From NCBI GenBank assembly GCA_013265495.1, contig MU057989.1, forward strand, positions 1,629,513-1,693,512: a stretch of 64,000 bases of DNA, written 5' to 3'. Of this stretch, positions 62,203-64,000 are shown piece by piece. The notes beneath the pieces were generated by a model that worked only from the letters and a program-made list of their open reading frames with translations, made no database searches and had not been told where the DNA came from. The DNA comes from Vicugna vicugna (lineage: Eukaryota). How positions within the stretch are numbered: the first letter of the stretch is position 1; each line of letters starts with the position of its first letter. A program made the position numbers and the translations under genes.

Positions 62203-62748
62203 CTGGCAAGGGGACAGGCCAGTCAGATCGCACAGAGAAACCTGCCCCGGTCGGTGGCCAGGGGCCCAGTACAGCCTCATCCCTGCCTGTCACTCTGAGA
62301 CCTGGGGAGTCTTAGCCTGTCTCCTAGACCCTCCCCAAGATGGGCCAACACCAACGGAACATGTGTTGGGGCTGCCGGCCCAGCACCCGCCTGGATTTCC
62401 CTTTGGGTGCACCCCCACACCCTGCAGTCCCGTGTGCTCTTATCCCTTCCTTCCCTGACTTCTTGGGATGGACATGTGACTCAGAGTGGGCCAATGAGAA
62501 CCTCCACTGGGAGTTCTGCTGGAATGACTGGGGCTGCTAAACTGGCAGAACAGGCCAGGGTCGCAGTTGGGGTGGTATGGGGGGTTGGCAGAGAGTGACC
62601 CCAATGACAGAGATGAACACAGGTTCCTGAAAACATTCAAGGCCCTGCATATAGCCATGCCACCCCTAAAGCCTTTCAGTGACATGAGAAGAGGCAGACC
62701 TGGGCTCAGCCTGCCTGGGGCACCTGGGGCACCTGGGCAGTGGCTCAC

Positions 62749-62895
62749 CTGGTCACCCTCAAAGTCACAGAGGGCCTCCACGGGGATGGGTTGCAGTGGC
62801 GTCTCCCGGCGGTACTTGAGGGGCACCACCTGCTGCCCTCGCTTCTGCAGGCCCCGTACCACGTGCTCGTACTTGTCCAGAGCCTTCTCCTGGTC
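62749..62895 (-). CDS. PPL: PPL exon 11
   Basis: 147 nt, tcag/gtgag; VVPLKYRRETP...VEALCDFEGDQ. Confidence 0.95.
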
Positions 62896-62999
62896 CTGAA
62901 CGCAGAGAGGAGCGCCTAGGTGAGACCTTCCTGGGGCAGGAGGCAGTGCCCGGTCGGCAGGTAGGGAGCTGGGCAGGACCCTGTCTGGGCACCACTCAC

Positions 63000-63122
63000 A
63001 TCCAGCTCCCGCAGCAGCAACTCAATCTGGTATCGGTCTTTGAAGTCAGGGCTGTACTTCTGGTTCAGGTCCGAGTCCACCTTGCACAGCAGCTCCTGGG
63101 CGTCCTTCACGTCTTTGTGGAA
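63000..63122 (-). CDS. PPL: PPL exon 10; upstream exons lie beyond the window end
   Basis: 123 nt, ctag/gtgagt; FHKDVKDAQELL...LLRELD. Confidence 0.94.
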
Positions 63123-63314
63123 CTAGGGGAGACCAGGTGGCCTTATTACAGACAGGAAACCACTAGGATGCCTGGCTATGGCTTTAAGCCAGCTCCCCAG
63201 TGGGGCTGAGACACCCAAACAGGAGTTAGTTCCATTAGTGTCATCTGAGTTCAGGTGCCCCCACACCACATACTCATAAGACTAATGTGCGGACCTCTTG
63301 TTAAAAACACACAT

Positions 63315-63782
63315 TCTGGTGGAAACAACGCGGTATCCATCAACAGGGGAAGGTATAAACAGTATGGTCCATGTGCATGATGGAATATTATTCAGCCAAG
63401 AAAAGGAATGAAGTTTTTGTTCATGCTACAAAACGATGAACCTCAAAAACATCATGTTCAGTGAAAGAGCCAGACACAAAAGGCCATGTACCATGTGACT
63501 GCACATCTATGAAATATCTAGAAGAGGCAAATCCAAAGAAATAGAAAGTAGAGGGGAGGGTAGAGCTCCTGGGTTCAAATCCCCAGTATGTTAGAGGTTA
63601 CCAGGGGTTGGAATGAGGAGCCATTGTTTAGTGGATACAGTGTTTCTATTTGGGGTGATGAAAAAGTTTTGGAAAGACAGTGGTGATGGTTGCACAACAC
63701 TGTGAATGTAATGAATACCATTGGATTGAACACTTAAAAATGGATAAAATGGTAAATTATATATATTTTTTACCAAAATTAA
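63315..63782 (+). mobile_element. L1MB-like 3' end with a collapsed tRNA-SINE remnant (about 63550-63590)
   Basis: Typical L1MB 3' motifs (GGAATATTATTCAGCC; GGTGATGGTTGCACAAC); inserted GGGGAGGGTAGAGCTC-CTGGGTTCAAATCCCCAGTA. Confidence 0.8.
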
Positions 63783-64000
63783 AACCCCACACACCTATTC
63801 CTGGGCCTGTGCTATCCTGGTGAGTCAGACTCTCTAGCTCCAGCCCCTAGGGAAGGCAGACAAGGGCTCAGCAAGCTTGGGGTGCCCATGTACACTACTC
63901 GAAACATAGACACTGCAAGGCCTGGGGATGCAGCCCTGCAAGGCTCCTGGAGGAAGTGGCACCGAGGCCACAAATGAGCCAGATAGACACTGAGTGCTCC

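Overview
Mammalian genomic DNA, probably a camelid judging by tRNA-derived SINEs resembling Vic-1 and artiodactyl-type L1 3' ends. It carries the conserved GLYR1-UBN1-PPL locus. GLYR1 (NPAC/NDF) coding exons 1-5 lie on the minus strand and the gene continues off the left edge. It is head-to-head with the complete UBN1 gene on the plus strand (17 coding exons, 3399 nt, 1132 aa) across a shared CpG island. PPL (periplakin) exons 10-22 lie on the minus strand, tail-to-tail with UBN1, and the gene starts beyond the right edge. All exon boundaries were read from GT/AG sites and phases sum correctly, so the three genes look intact. Introns hold L1, L2, MIR, MER5/hAT, MLT and tRNA-SINE relics, including nested and 5'-inverted insertions. 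I found no convincing novel biological system. The most notable sub-gene structures are a duplicated, identically spaced CCAAT/E-box module in the bidirectional promoter, a chain of uORFs in the UBN1 leader, and several informative retrotransposition scars. Gene names, exon numbers and repeat families come from recognition and memory, not from a database search.
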